In this document: positions 23,846-32,939 of the stretch, one piece after another
Layout: every line of letters begins with the position of its first letter
Position numbering within the stretch: the first letter of the stretch is position 1
IMG/VR virus record: IMGVR_UViG_3300031998_000037
DNA: 35,886 bases
Strand: one strand, 5' to 3'
Source: a virus
Lineage: Duplodnaviria > Heunggongvirae > Uroviricota > Caudoviricetes
The notes under the pieces: generated by a model
The model's input: only the letters and a program-made list of their open reading frames with translations
What the model was told of the DNA's origin: nothing
Databases searched by the model: none
Position numbers and translations under genes: made by a program

Positions 23846-24459
23846 CTTATAAAACCGCAAAAGAATTATTAATAAACTTACAATGCACAGATCAAAAAAT
23901 TACAAAGTGTCAAAATGACACTTTAAGATGTGTTATTTCTATTTTAGATGATTTGATTGTTCAGTGTGATAGAGGCAATCATGGTCTTGAAAAACACATG
24001 ATAAAGAAAGCTCATCCCGATTATTCAGATAAAGAAGTCGAGGCTTATATTAAAGGTTATGAAGAAAAAGAACTTGAAATATATAATAAAGTAATGGAAG
24101 ATAAAGCAGAAGAAACAGGTTTGCATTTAAGTATTTATACGAACAACAATGCAGAATACTTAATAAAAAAAGATGTAGAAAACGTATTACAAGACTGGGC
24201 ATTAAAGGCATGGAAGGATGAATGGAAACCGACATGGGAAAGTATAAGAGGAGATACTTTTATGGAGGCAAAATTAATTGTAATGGATTTGCCGCCTATA
24301 AATATGAGCAATTTTATAAACAAAGAAGATGTATTGAGAATAATCGAGTCTTTTAAAGTCGGGGGCAACCAAAAATTGTCAAAGGAAGAGTTTGAGCGCA
24401 ACAATACTTTGCAACTTATACAAGACGAAATACAAGGCATAAATGGTTTTGAGAGGTGA
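23842..24459 (+). CDS. Hypothetical protein
   Basis: ORF track, ATGA overlap. Confidence 0.8.
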   Translation: MTYKTAKELLINLQCTDQKITKCQNDTLRCVISILDDLIVQCDRGNHGLEKHMIKKAHPDYSDKEVEAYIKGYEEKELEIYNKVMEDKAEETGLHLSIYTNNNAEYLIKKDVENVLQDWALKAWKDEWKPTWESIRGDTFMEAKLIVMDLPPINMSNFINKEDVLRIIESFKVGGNQKLSKEEFERNNTLQLIQDEIQGINGFER

Positions 24460-24465
24460 AATAAA

Positions 24466-24813
24466 ATGAAAAAACTAAAAGGCGTAACAGTAATTCAAGT
24501 TATTGTAGCAATAGCTATTGTAGCTATTCTGGTAATAATACCAATCGCGCAAAGGGCAAGCCAAACCATTGTTACTTTCACAGTCGAAGATAAAGCCATT
24601 AAAAGATATGACAAGGACGACAAATATCTTATTTACACTGATAATGGCACATATGAAATTACAGATTCTCTTACGTATTGGAGATGGGACAGCTCAGATT
24701 TATATGGAAAGATCAAGGTCGGCAAAACATATAGAGCGAAAGTATATGGTTGGAGAATACCTTTTCTTTCATCATATAAAAACATTGTTTCCGTGAAGGA
24801 GATGATTAAATGA
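24466..24813 (+). CDS. Membrane-anchored DUF1523-like phage protein
   Basis: N-terminal TM then TV.DK...KYLIYTD...DS.....DSSD.YG..K.G..Y.....GWR.PFLS.Y.NI. Confidence 0.75.
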   Translation: MKKLKGVTVIQVIVAIAIVAILVIIPIAQRASQTIVTFTVEDKAIKRYDKDDKYLIYTDNGTYEITDSLTYWRWDSSDLYGKIKVGKTYRAKVYGWRIPFLSSYKNIVSVKEMIK

Positions 24814-24920
24814 ACAGAGAAATCCTCTTTAAAGCAAAAACAACAGCAACTAAAGAATGGACATATGGGCATTTTGCAAAACAGTACGATATTCTTGAAA
24901 ATATGCCTTTTAGGAATTAG
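24810..24920 (+). pseudogene. Truncated YopX N-terminus (36 aa)
   Basis: MNREILFKAK....EW.YG then early TAG. Confidence 0.55.
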
Positions 24921-24932
24921 GAGAGTGAACTA

Positions 24933-25433
24933 ATGGACTGTAAAGAATGCAAGAACTATTTCCGAAATCACAATGATAAAAGTCATTGTGGTGGCAATTT
25001 TGAAAACTTAGAATGCGAAGATTTTGAACAAATCCCCTATAAAGAGATTATGAAAGTTCGACCTGATAGCCTATGTGTATCACCCAACATCACGGTCGGT
25101 ATGAGTTCTGTATTATGGAGAAGTGAAAATAAATTTGCTCTTTTCATGTTTAAACAGTTATATAGCAAAACAAATAATGATGATGGCAAACCATATACTG
25201 AGGTGTATCAACATGAAATTAAAGAACTTATGGATAATATGTATATCGGACTAAGTATTATTTTAAAAATATTTGATGAATATACAATTGATGATGTTAT
25301 CAAAATATTCACAATAAATTTTTGGGAAACTAAAAGAATTATTGATTGTGATTTTGAAACACTCACTGAAATAGCTTATAAGTATGATGAATTATATGGC
25401 GACAGTATAGGTGATAAACCTACATTTGGGTAA
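24933..25433 (+). CDS. Hypothetical protein
   Basis: ORF track. Confidence 0.8.
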   Translation: MDCKECKNYFRNHNDKSHCGGNFENLECEDFEQIPYKEIMKVRPDSLCVSPNITVGMSSVLWRSENKFALFMFKQLYSKTNNDDGKPYTEVYQHEIKELMDNMYIGLSIILKIFDEYTIDDVIKIFTINFWETKRIIDCDFETLTEIAYKYDELYGDSIGDKPTFG

Positions 25434-25445
25434 AAGGTGATAATA

Positions 25446-25784
25446 ATGAACTTGTATAATATTCCGCGACATAAAAACTGTAATAACTGTGGAATGTGTT
25501 GCGGTCTTATTCCAGCCACTCACGAAGAGCTTAATGATATACACGCTTATATAAAAGCAAATAAAATAAAACCTATAAAGCATCCTGATAAATTAACTTG
25601 CCCGTTTCGAGACAACAAGAAAAAGCGGTGCAAAATTTATCCTGTGCGACCAACAATTTGTAGACTAATGGGCGTTACCAAAGGAATGCAATGTCCAAAT
25701 GGCAACACTTGTGAGATTGATGGTAGTAAATTCATTCCAAATGATATTTCAACCTCAAAAGTAATTAATTTTATTGAATGGTGA
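25446..25784 (+). CDS. YkgJ-family Cys-cluster (Zn/Fe-chelating) protein
   Basis: CxxCGxCC...CPF...CKIYPVRPxICR. Confidence 0.85.
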   Translation: MNLYNIPRHKNCNNCGMCCGLIPATHEELNDIHAYIKANKIKPIKHPDKLTCPFRDNKKKRCKIYPVRPTICRLMGVTKGMQCPNGNTCEIDGSKFIPNDISTSKVINFIEW

Positions 25785-25788
25785 TGTT

Positions 25789-26064
25789 ATGATTAAGTAC
25801 AGACCGCACAAAGCATACCTTGATGACGCAATGGCTGAGATGAAAACCTTTAACACAGTTGACGAAATGTTTGAATATATTGTTCAGGATTGGCATGGAT
25901 ATCTTAGCAAAGAGGATTTAAGTGTTACTGATAATTTAGGTAAAGATCAACGCATTGACTGGGAAGAGACTCGCTATGTTTGCACAAAAAAAATTGGCTT
26001 AGAGATGTATGAAACGCCTCAATGCATAGGAATGTGCAGTATTGAATTGAAAGTGGGTTTATAA
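25789..26064 (+). CDS. Hypothetical phage protein
   Basis: ORF track. Confidence 0.8.
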   Translation: MIKYRPHKAYLDDAMAEMKTFNTVDEMFEYIVQDWHGYLSKEDLSVTDNLGKDQRIDWEETRYVCTKKIGLEMYETPQCIGMCSIELKVGL

Positions 26065-26447
26065 TGACGGAAATGGTTTATTTTAACAAACGTTTTAATA
26101 AAGGTGTTATCCTTGAACAAGGCAATAAAGGCGGCTTTAATTATTGGGTTTTAAATTTGGGAACTCATCCTTGCTGTTATGTTGAAATCCCCAAAGGTCA
26201 CAAGTATTATAATGTTGGTTATGATGAAATTAATGTGAACTGTCATGGCGGTTTAACATATAGTAACAGTTACTTGAAAGGTGTTACAGGTGACGAGCCT
26301 ACAGACCGATGGTTTATAGGCTGGGACTATGCACATTATGGTGATTTTTGTGGATATTATATCGAGCTGTCAATAAGGAATCAAGAGCACAGATATACTA
26401 CCAAAGAATTGGTGCGCGATTGTCTGGAGGTTATAGAACAGTTATGA
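26064..26447 (+). CDS. Conserved phage hypothetical protein
   Basis: HPCCYV...CHGGLTYS...IGWDYAH. Confidence 0.8.
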   Translation: MTEMVYFNKRFNKGVILEQGNKGGFNYWVLNLGTHPCCYVEIPKGHKYYNVGYDEINVNCHGGLTYSNSYLKGVTGDEPTDRWFIGWDYAHYGDFCGYYIELSIRNQEHRYTTKELVRDCLEVIEQL

Positions 26448-26790
26448 AAATGTGTGAAGAAATGCAAAAGCTCAGGGATCGTCTTGATAAAATTGGTATA
26501 GTATGGGAAGATGCCAGCTCGTCTACTCCAGAGCCTATAATCGAAAAATGGTACGTGATGGTTTTGAAAGACGTTATTGCGATGTAACTATTTATCGTAC
26601 ACACTTTACTATAAATGATATCAATTATAGTGTCATTTATGGCTATGGTACTTATGGCGGTTATGATCCTGTGTTTGACAAAGATAGTGGATTGCTTGAA
26701 CTATGGGCAAAGAATTATAACAATGATGAGCCTTGCGGTTATATGACAGCCGACAATGTAATAAAGGCAATCTTTGGGGAGGTCAAATAA
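26444..26790 (+). pseudogene. Frameshifted phage hypothetical gene
   Basis: Two overlapping frames join by adding one A to AAAAA at 26544-26548. Confidence 0.6.
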
Positions 26791-27564
26791 ATGCTTTTGA
26801 AAATAACTGAGAAATGCTCAATGGGTTGCAGTCATTGTATGAATAGTGCAACTGAGAACGGTGAGCATATGTCTCTTGATACCTTTAAAGATGCAATTGA
26901 CTTTATAATCCGTAACAATACTTACCATAGTATTTTTATATCTGGAGGCGAACCAACAGAGCATCCAATGTTTCCTTTTTTTATGGGTTATCTGCTTGGC
27001 GAGTTGACTAAGAGAAATCTTAAATCTATGGTCACTATAGCAACTAACGGCTTTTGGATTATAGAAAATGAAGAGAACATGAAGTGTGCTAAGGACATTG
27101 CTGCTGGCTATAAAGATGTTAAATTTCAGTTTCAAGTGTCTACGGACTCACGTTATTATCCTAAGAAACTTGATACCACAAAGCGTATCTGGCGCGAGGA
27201 AGGTTTTACTCTTTGCAAGGACTGTGTTGAGTTTATGTACCCACAAGGACGAGCCAAAGAAAATAACCTTACACCGTGGAAGTTCACAGCATCTAAATGT
27301 TTTAATGTCAGAGCTACCACAAAGCAATTGCCTGATCCGACAATTGAAAACGTAATAATGACCTTGCTTCAAAGAGGTAAATTCTGTACACCATCTATAC
27401 GCATTGATGGCAGTATTAGTTTGGGTGAGTCTGATCTATGCCCTAAGTGCGCCTCAATATATGACAAAGAAGAAGAAATCATACAAAAAATTAAGGATTT
27501 TAAATGCAACGGCTGCTATCCTCTAAACGAGAATTTGCCGCCACAGTACAAACAATTTCTATAA
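26791..27564 (+). CDS. Radical SAM enzyme
   Basis: CxxxCxxC (CSMGCSHC), SGGEPT, TNG, extra C-terminal Cys. Confidence 0.9.
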   Translation: MLLKITEKCSMGCSHCMNSATENGEHMSLDTFKDAIDFIIRNNTYHSIFISGGEPTEHPMFPFFMGYLLGELTKRNLKSMVTIATNGFWIIENEENMKCAKDIAAGYKDVKFQFQVSTDSRYYPKKLDTTKRIWREEGFTLCKDCVEFMYPQGRAKENNLTPWKFTASKCFNVRATTKQLPDPTIENVIMTLLQRGKFCTPSIRIDGSISLGESDLCPKCASIYDKEEEIIQKIKDFKCNGCYPLNENLPPQYKQFL

Positions 27565-27575
27565 AGGGGAAGGGT

Positions 27576-28055
27576 ATGAGATATATTATTGTAATTACGC
27601 CTGATGACAAAATCAAGCTTGAACCTTTCAAGGATTATCAATCAATCAGAGATTGTGTCGGTGGCTTCTTTGAACTTTGCGGTCACTTGCCAACTGCCGA
27701 CGGCGGTATGTTTGATATTTATTGCTATGAAGAGTATCTGCTGCATGATGAATATAAGTTCAATGCATTTGCAACATTTCTACTTTCAAGAATTATTTAT
27801 GGCAACATAGCCATATTGATTCGTGGCTGGAATGAAGATCACGAGCTTGACTCATTACCTTTAGACGAAGAACGAGCTGTTGCTGTCGTGAGTAAGCTTG
27901 AAATGTTCCGCGAAAATTTTGCAGCAACATTGTCACTATTACATGAATGGTACGATGATGCACCAAAGCCCGAACCGTCTTTTCAGTTTGTCGCCATGAC
28001 AGAAGATGAGTTAGCAAAAACTTTTGGAGTTGATAAAAATGAAGATAGTAATTAA
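27576..28055 (+). CDS. DUF3846-like phage protein
   Basis: YQSI...VGGF.E.....EE.LL....N..AT....IYGN. Confidence 0.65.
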   Translation: MRYIIVITPDDKIKLEPFKDYQSIRDCVGGFFELCGHLPTADGGMFDIYCYEEYLLHDEYKFNAFATFLLSRIIYGNIAILIRGWNEDHELDSLPLDEERAVAVVSKLEMFRENFAATLSLLHEWYDDAPKPEPSFQFVAMTEDELAKTFGVDKNEDSN

Positions 28056-28248
28056 GTTTAAAAATGGTAAAGCAAAAATCTATAGCAAAGATCAATGGGA
28101 TGAACAAGGATTTGTCGGGGACTTTTATTGCATAAAAAAAGATGGTATATTTATTGGCTATTATAACAACAACGAAATTTTCTCTGTAGAGCTTTTAGAA
28201 GATACGTTCCCTGTAGAACTTATAATTGACAAAATATCTCCGCTGTGA
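28039..28248 (+). CDS. Hypothetical protein
   Basis: ORF track, coupled. Confidence 0.7.
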   Translation: MKIVIKFKNGKAKIYSKDQWDEQGFVGDFYCIKKDGIFIGYYNNNEIFSVELLEDTFPVELIIDKISPL

Positions 28249-28254
28249 TATAAT
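28226..28254 (+). promoter_or_regulatory. Toxin promoter
   Basis: TTGACA-17-TATAAT. Confidence 0.85.
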
Positions 28255-28319
28255 TATCAGCGGAGCATCGAATTAGCGGCATGGCGGTTAATTTGCGCCC
28301 TCAGAAATGAGGGATAGTT

Positions 28320-28400
28320 ATGAGCACATTAGAACTTCTCACTTTACTTAGTGTGATAATTTCTATCATAAAGCTTTCTAACAACGCAAAAAAGAAATAA
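28320..28400 (+). CDS. Type I toxin peptide (holin-like toxin type)
   Basis: MSTLELLTLLSVIISIIKLSNNAKKK: single TM, basic tail; SD within CCCTCA-GAAA-TGAGGG hairpin. Confidence 0.8.
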   Translation: MSTLELLTLLSVIISIIKLSNNAKKK

Positions 28401-28480
28401 TCGCCCGACCTGCAAGTTAAGCGATTAATTCTTTAATTATTCACTTATGAGGGCAACCGCTATGTCACGGTGCTCTTTTC
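28388..28480 (-). ncRNA. Antisense antitoxin RNA (about 90 nt)
   Basis: Minus-strand TTGACA-17-TATAAT at 28487-28515; TAATCGC/GCGATTA terminator overlapping toxin stop. Confidence 0.75.
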
Positions 28481-28527
28481 ATTTATATTATAACACTGAA
28501 ATTTTAATATGTCAAGAGGTGAAGAAA

Positions 28528-28740
28528 ATGACTAATCGTAAATGGATAAGCAGTATGGCTCTTATAGACTTTATTAAATGCATAATACAGGGCAGCGATC
28601 AATGTTTTTTAGAAATGCTTGACGTTCCTATTGATATTGGTCGCTGTAGCAAATACTATCAGGAAGGCAAAGACCTTGATGAGATGTGCTATGATTGTGT
28701 AAGTAATTGGTTAAATGAAAAATATAAGAAGAAATTTTAA
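28528..28740 (+). CDS. Cys-containing hypothetical protein
   Basis: ATG behind GAGGTGA. Confidence 0.7.
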   Translation: MTNRKWISSMALIDFIKCIIQGSDQCFLEMLDVPIDIGRCSKYYQEGKDLDEMCYDCVSNWLNEKYKKKF

Positions 28741-28748
28741 TTTTTCTC

Positions 28749-28836
28749 TTGACAAATAATATGTAGTGTGATATAATAAGTACATAATCCCAATGTGGAT
28801 AAAATTTTAGTCTTAGCAAATAATATGTAGTGTGAT
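28749..28836 (+). promoter_or_regulatory. Promoter of recombination/replication operon with two 20-bp CAAATAATATGTAGTGTGAT boxes
   Basis: TTGACA-17-TATAAT at 28749-28777; boxes at 28753-28772 and 28817-28836. Confidence 0.9.
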
Positions 28837-28863
28837 TTAGAAATTTGTATACTTCCTTTCTCA

Positions 28864-29073
28864 ACGGGGCATAGTCCCCGTAACGACCACCAGATAGCAA
28901 GGCTGCTCGTGCCGTGGTTGCTTTAACTGATGTGCTATCACAATTGTATAGTTTTGTAGTTGTGACTATAAATTCTCTTATAGCTGCAACGTTTTTGATA
29001 TTCTTTGTTTATATAAAGTTGCAATTACTCTTATCGTTATGATAAGTTGTGGTTGCAACTACAAGGCTATACA
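28864..29073 (+). ncRNA. Structured 5' leader (hairpins + multibranch with 22-bp helix)
   Basis: 28945-28966 pairs with 29052-29073 using four G-U pairs. Confidence 0.6.
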
Positions 29074-29111
29074 TAAATACGGCGATGCCGTTAAAATAAA
29101 GGAGGAATTAT

Positions 29112-29825
29112 ATGCCAGAACCAAAGAACAAAAAAGTATTTGAAACAGGATTAGCAACTGATGTAAGTCCGTATCTTTTTGAAAAGAATGGGCAAAAGTA
29201 CCTTCCGTGGTCAAAGGCAATTGAGCTTATGAAGCTCAATTGGTCTGATGCTAAGATCATAAAATGTACTTTTAAAACGAAAAAAGTTATATCAACTCTT
29301 TTGTCAGAAACACCAGAGGGCAAGACTTACGAAAATACTATTGATGAAGTCGAAATGCCTTATTTCACTGACGGCAATACGTGTTATGTTATGACTAAGC
29401 TTGAAATTCCGTCACAAGGCATTGAAGAATATTGCACATTGCCTGTAATGGATTATAAGAACCAGTGCATACCAGCAAACAAAATTACTATGGCTGATGT
29501 TAATAAATCTCAGCAGCGTTGCATGACTAAAAATATTGCAATGACAACTGGTATAGGCTTGACTCTTTGGCACAAGGAGGACATATCTGAAACTGCAAAA
29601 GAGCAAAAGATTATTACTAATCTTGAACAGAATGATGCAATTGAAAAGTTCAAGGCTCTTGTTAGCAAAGGCTTTGATCGTAATAAGCTTGCGGCATGGC
29701 TGCAAACTAATTTCGGCACAAACAATCCAAGAACTATTAAGTCCGAAGAAATACTTGCAAGACTTTCAGAAGAGCTTGACAAGCTTGACATAAAGGACTT
29801 TCAACCCGACAAGAAAACAAAGTAA
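29112..29825 (+). CDS. Sak3/DUF1071-like single-strand annealing protein
   Basis: KYLPWSKA...YF.DG.TCYV....LPVMDYKNQ.I....VNKSQQRC..KNIA..GIGL.L; upstream of ssb. Confidence 0.75.
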   Translation: MPEPKNKKVFETGLATDVSPYLFEKNGQKYLPWSKAIELMKLNWSDAKIIKCTFKTKKVISTLLSETPEGKTYENTIDEVEMPYFTDGNTCYVMTKLEIPSQGIEEYCTLPVMDYKNQCIPANKITMADVNKSQQRCMTKNIAMTTGIGLTLWHKEDISETAKEQKIITNLEQNDAIEKFKALVSKGFDRNKLAAWLQTNFGTNNPRTIKSEEILARLSEELDKLDIKDFQPDKKTK

Positions 29826-29840
29826 AGGAGAAAACAAGGT

Positions 29841-30263
29841 ATGAATAAGGTAATTTTAGTAGGCAGACTTACAGCCGATCCAGAACTCAGACAGACTCAA
29901 AGTGGTATTGCGTCTTGCAGATTTACTGTTGCGGTTGATAGACAGTTCTCAAACAAGGAAACAGGTGAGCGCGAAGCAGACTTTATAACTTGTGTTGCAT
30001 GGCGTAAAAGTGCAGAGTTTGTTAGTAAATATTTCACTAAGGGCAAGATGATTATTGTTGAAGGTTCAATGCGTAATAACAATTATCAAGACAAAAATCA
30101 TAGTGATGTTATGCACCACACAACTGAAGTACAGGTTGATAATGTAGAGTTTGCTGGTGACGGCAAATCGGGAGGCAACAACTCCGCACCTCAACAGTCA
30201 GCTCCACCACAGTCTGATAATGTAGAGATTGAAGTTGTTTCTGACGGCGACATCCCATTCTAA
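29841..30263 (+). CDS. ssb: Single-stranded DNA-binding protein
   Basis: MNKVILVGRLT.DPELR; acidic DIPF tail. Confidence 0.95.
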   Translation: MNKVILVGRLTADPELRQTQSGIASCRFTVAVDRQFSNKETGEREADFITCVAWRKSAEFVSKYFTKGKMIIVEGSMRNNNYQDKNHSDVMHHTTEVQVDNVEFAGDGKSGGNNSAPQQSAPPQSDNVEIEVVSDGDIPF

Positions 30264-30979
30264 TGGATTTAACAAAAAAGAAATGGTCTTTTAGTTCCGT
30301 CAAACTATTTGAGCAATGCCCATATGCATTCTATCTTAAATATGTCAAAGATAAAGTCGAAGAAGAAAATGCCTTCGCACAGCATGGCAAGTTTGCCCAT
30401 AAATTATTAGAACGCTGTCTAAAAGGTGAACTTACAGCTTTTGAATTGGCGGATGTATATGAGAGCGAATATTACAACAATGTTACTAAACGTTTCCCAT
30501 ACGCAAATATAGCAAAGTCTTTCTATGACAAGACGCTTCAGTATTTCTTAGAATACGATGGCTTTATAGGGGAAGTTGTCAGTGTTGAAGAAGAATTACA
30601 AACTAAATTTGGGGATTATGATTTTATAGGTTACGCAGATTTAATTATGCGTGATGATAAGGGGATATATATTGTAGATCATAAATCTCATGCCGCCTTT
30701 AAGAGTAAGAAAGAACGTGAAGAATATTATAGACAGCTTTATCTTTATGCTGAATGTATAAAGCGTAAGTATGGTGAGTACCCATATAAGCTTGTTTTTA
30801 ATATGTTCCGTATTCCTAAATTAGAGGTGGAGCTATTTGCACCCTCGCAAATAATACGTAGTGGGATATGGCTTAATGATAGTGTAACAAACATCTTGCA
30901 TACTACAAACTGGGAGTGCAAGGTTGACAACTGGTATTGCTCAAATCTTTGCGGAATGGATTGTGTTTTCAGGGGGTGA
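30263..30979 (+). CDS. PD-(D/E)XK nuclease (RecB/Cas4-like)
   Basis: WSFS...CPY...GYAD...IVDHKS...QL.LY; C-terminal CxxxC. Confidence 0.85.
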   Translation: MDLTKKKWSFSSVKLFEQCPYAFYLKYVKDKVEEENAFAQHGKFAHKLLERCLKGELTAFELADVYESEYYNNVTKRFPYANIAKSFYDKTLQYFLEYDGFIGEVVSVEEELQTKFGDYDFIGYADLIMRDDKGIYIVDHKSHAAFKSKKEREEYYRQLYLYAECIKRKYGEYPYKLVFNMFRIPKLEVELFAPSQIIRSGIWLNDSVTNILHTTNWECKVDNWYCSNLCGMDCVFRG

Positions 30980-30983
30980 AGCA

Positions 30984-32939
30984 TTGATAATAGAGAATGA
31001 CAAAATCGAAGAAGCAAAGGTTAAACTGGGCGATAAAACTGCGGATATGATTGCTGACATTTTGGGGATTGAGCAATATGACGCACACAATCATAAAGGA
31101 CTTTGCCCGTTTCATAATGAAAAAACACCGTCGTTCATCTTCAACCCAAAGACCAATAAATATCATTGTTTCGGTTGCAATAAAAGCGTAGATATTATTG
31201 ACGCTCTTGTGTACAAAGGTAACACATTTACGGAGGCGGCAAGTAAGCTGTTTGAACTCGCAGAAATGCCATTTAGTATAGGTGAGCATAAAGTTCAGAC
31301 AAAGGCTTCTTACCGCTATCCGAAGCCTGTAGAATGTCAAGACAAGTCAAAAGTATACGAATATTTTGCCACACGAGGCATAAGCCAAAAAACAGTTGAT
31401 TATCTTGATATCAGACAAGACGAACACGGCAATGCTGTATTTAACTATTATGATACTAACGACGTTCTTACTCTTGTAAAATACAGACCGAGCCGCAAGA
31501 TCAATAAGGCTAAAGGCGATATAAAGTGCTGGTGTCAAAAAGGAGCAGACACAACTCCTTTACTCTTTAATATGAACCGCATAAATACAACAGCACCTTT
31601 GCTGATTTGTGAGGGTGAACCTGATGCAGCGGCGGCTATTGAGTCGGGATTTTCAAATACTGTTTCCGTTCCTTTAGGTGCAAACAATTACGGATGGATT
31701 GAAGAAAACTGGGAATGGCTTGAACAATTTGAAAGCATTATAATTTGCTCAGACAATGATGAAGCTGGAGAACGTATGCGAAAAGAATGCATCTATCGTC
31801 TTGGCACATGGCGATGCAAGACTGTACAAATACCTTCCCTTATTGAGAAAGATGGCAAGAATATAAAGGTAAAGGATTTAAACGAAGTATTATATTTGTG
31901 TGGCAAAGCAAAGGTTATGGAACTTATATCAGATGCAGCGGACACTCCTGTTGATAGTGTTTCAGATTATGCAGATATAAAAAACATTGATCTTGATGCA
32001 ATTGACGGCATAAAGACGGGCTTTTATGAGCTTGACAAAAAGCTTATGAAACTATTCTTCTCAACCTTTAATATCTTGACTGGTGTAAATGGCAGTGGTA
32101 AAAGTTCTTTTATATCTCAGCTTGTATGTCAGGCAGCGGAACAAGGTCACAATACATGGTATTATTCAGGTGAATTACCAAATTTCCAATGCAAGAATTG
32201 GCTTAATTACATCTTTGCTGGTCAGCACAATATCTCTCAGGAGAACTATGGCGACACTGAGTTCTGGAGGGTGAATAAATCTGCACAGCGCGAAATGGAC
32301 AGTTTTTACAGGGAACATATTTACATATATAAAGACGGCAAGTCTCATAAGGTCAATGATCTGCTTGAATCAATGGTTGAATGCATACGCAAGTATGGTG
32401 CTAAACTTTGCATTATTGACAACCTTACGTCGGTCAACCTTGAATGTAATGAAAACAATAAGTACCAAAAACAAGAAGAGTTTGTGTCACGCTGCATTGA
32501 TATAGCAAAAAAATACAATGTTGTTATTATCATGGTAGTGCATCCGCATAAGATCGAAGCAATGCGCAGACTTTCAAAAATGGACGTGCAAGGTATATCC
32601 GCTATCATTGATTTAGCTCATAGAATCATAAGCCTTTACAGAGTAACCTCTGATGATAAAAAGGGAACGCCAAAGCGCAATGGTAAAGGCTGGATCAAAG
32701 AGCCTATAAAGTATGATGTCTTGTGTGATGTATTAAAGGACAGAATGATGGGGTTTGAGGGCAGCACAGTAGGGTTGTATTATGACAAGCCTTCACGCCG
32801 CTTCTTTGCAAACGAGCGCGATTTAAGATATCAGTACGCTTGGGATAAGCGAGTGTATGACAAGACCTTGCCGTTTCCACCAAAGCAATTACTAAATGAT
32901 ACACGAGAAGTCTTTGGTGAGGTGAGCAATAGTGCATAA
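30984..32939 (+). CDS. Bifunctional primase-helicase (CHC2 zinc finger, TOPRIM, DnaB/SF4 helicase)
   Basis: CPFH.EKTPSF...CFGC; CEGEPD; SDND; Walker A TGVNGSGKS; IIDN; TTG start behind GGGGTGA. Confidence 0.92.
   Translation: MIIENDKIEEAKVKLGDKTADMIADILGIEQYDAHNHKGLCPFHNEKTPSFIFNPKTNKYHCFGCNKSVDIIDALVYKGNTFTEAASKLFELAEMPFSIGEHKVQTKASYRYPKPVECQDKSKVYEYFATRGISQKTVDYLDIRQDEHGNAVFNYYDTNDVLTLVKYRPSRKINKAKGDIKCWCQKGADTTPLLFNMNRINTTAPLLICEGEPDAAAAIESGFSNTVSVPLGANNYGWIEENWEWLEQFESIIICSDNDEAGERMRKECIYRLGTWRCKTVQIPSLIEKDGKNIKVKDLNEVLYLCGKAKVMELISDAADTPVDSVSDYADIKNIDLDAIDGIKTGFYELDKKLMKLFFSTFNILTGVNGSGKSSFISQLVCQAAEQGHNTWYYSGELPNFQCKNWLNYIFAGQHNISQENYGDTEFWRVNKSAQREMDSFYREHIYIYKDGKSHKVNDLLESMVECIRKYGAKLCIIDNLTSVNLECNENNKYQKQEEFVSRCIDIAKKYNVVIIMVVHPHKIEAMRRLSKMDVQGISAIIDLAHRIISLYRVTSDDKKGTPKRNGKGWIKEPIKYDVLCDVLKDRMMGFEGSTVGLYYDKPSRRFFANERDLRYQYAWDKRVYDKTLPFPPKQLLNDTREVFGEVSNSA

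Noticed and set aside
30263-30979. CRISPR-associated Cas4
   Set aside because: No repeat-spacer array or other cas genes; context (Sak3-SSB-primase) fits a phage recombination exonuclease.
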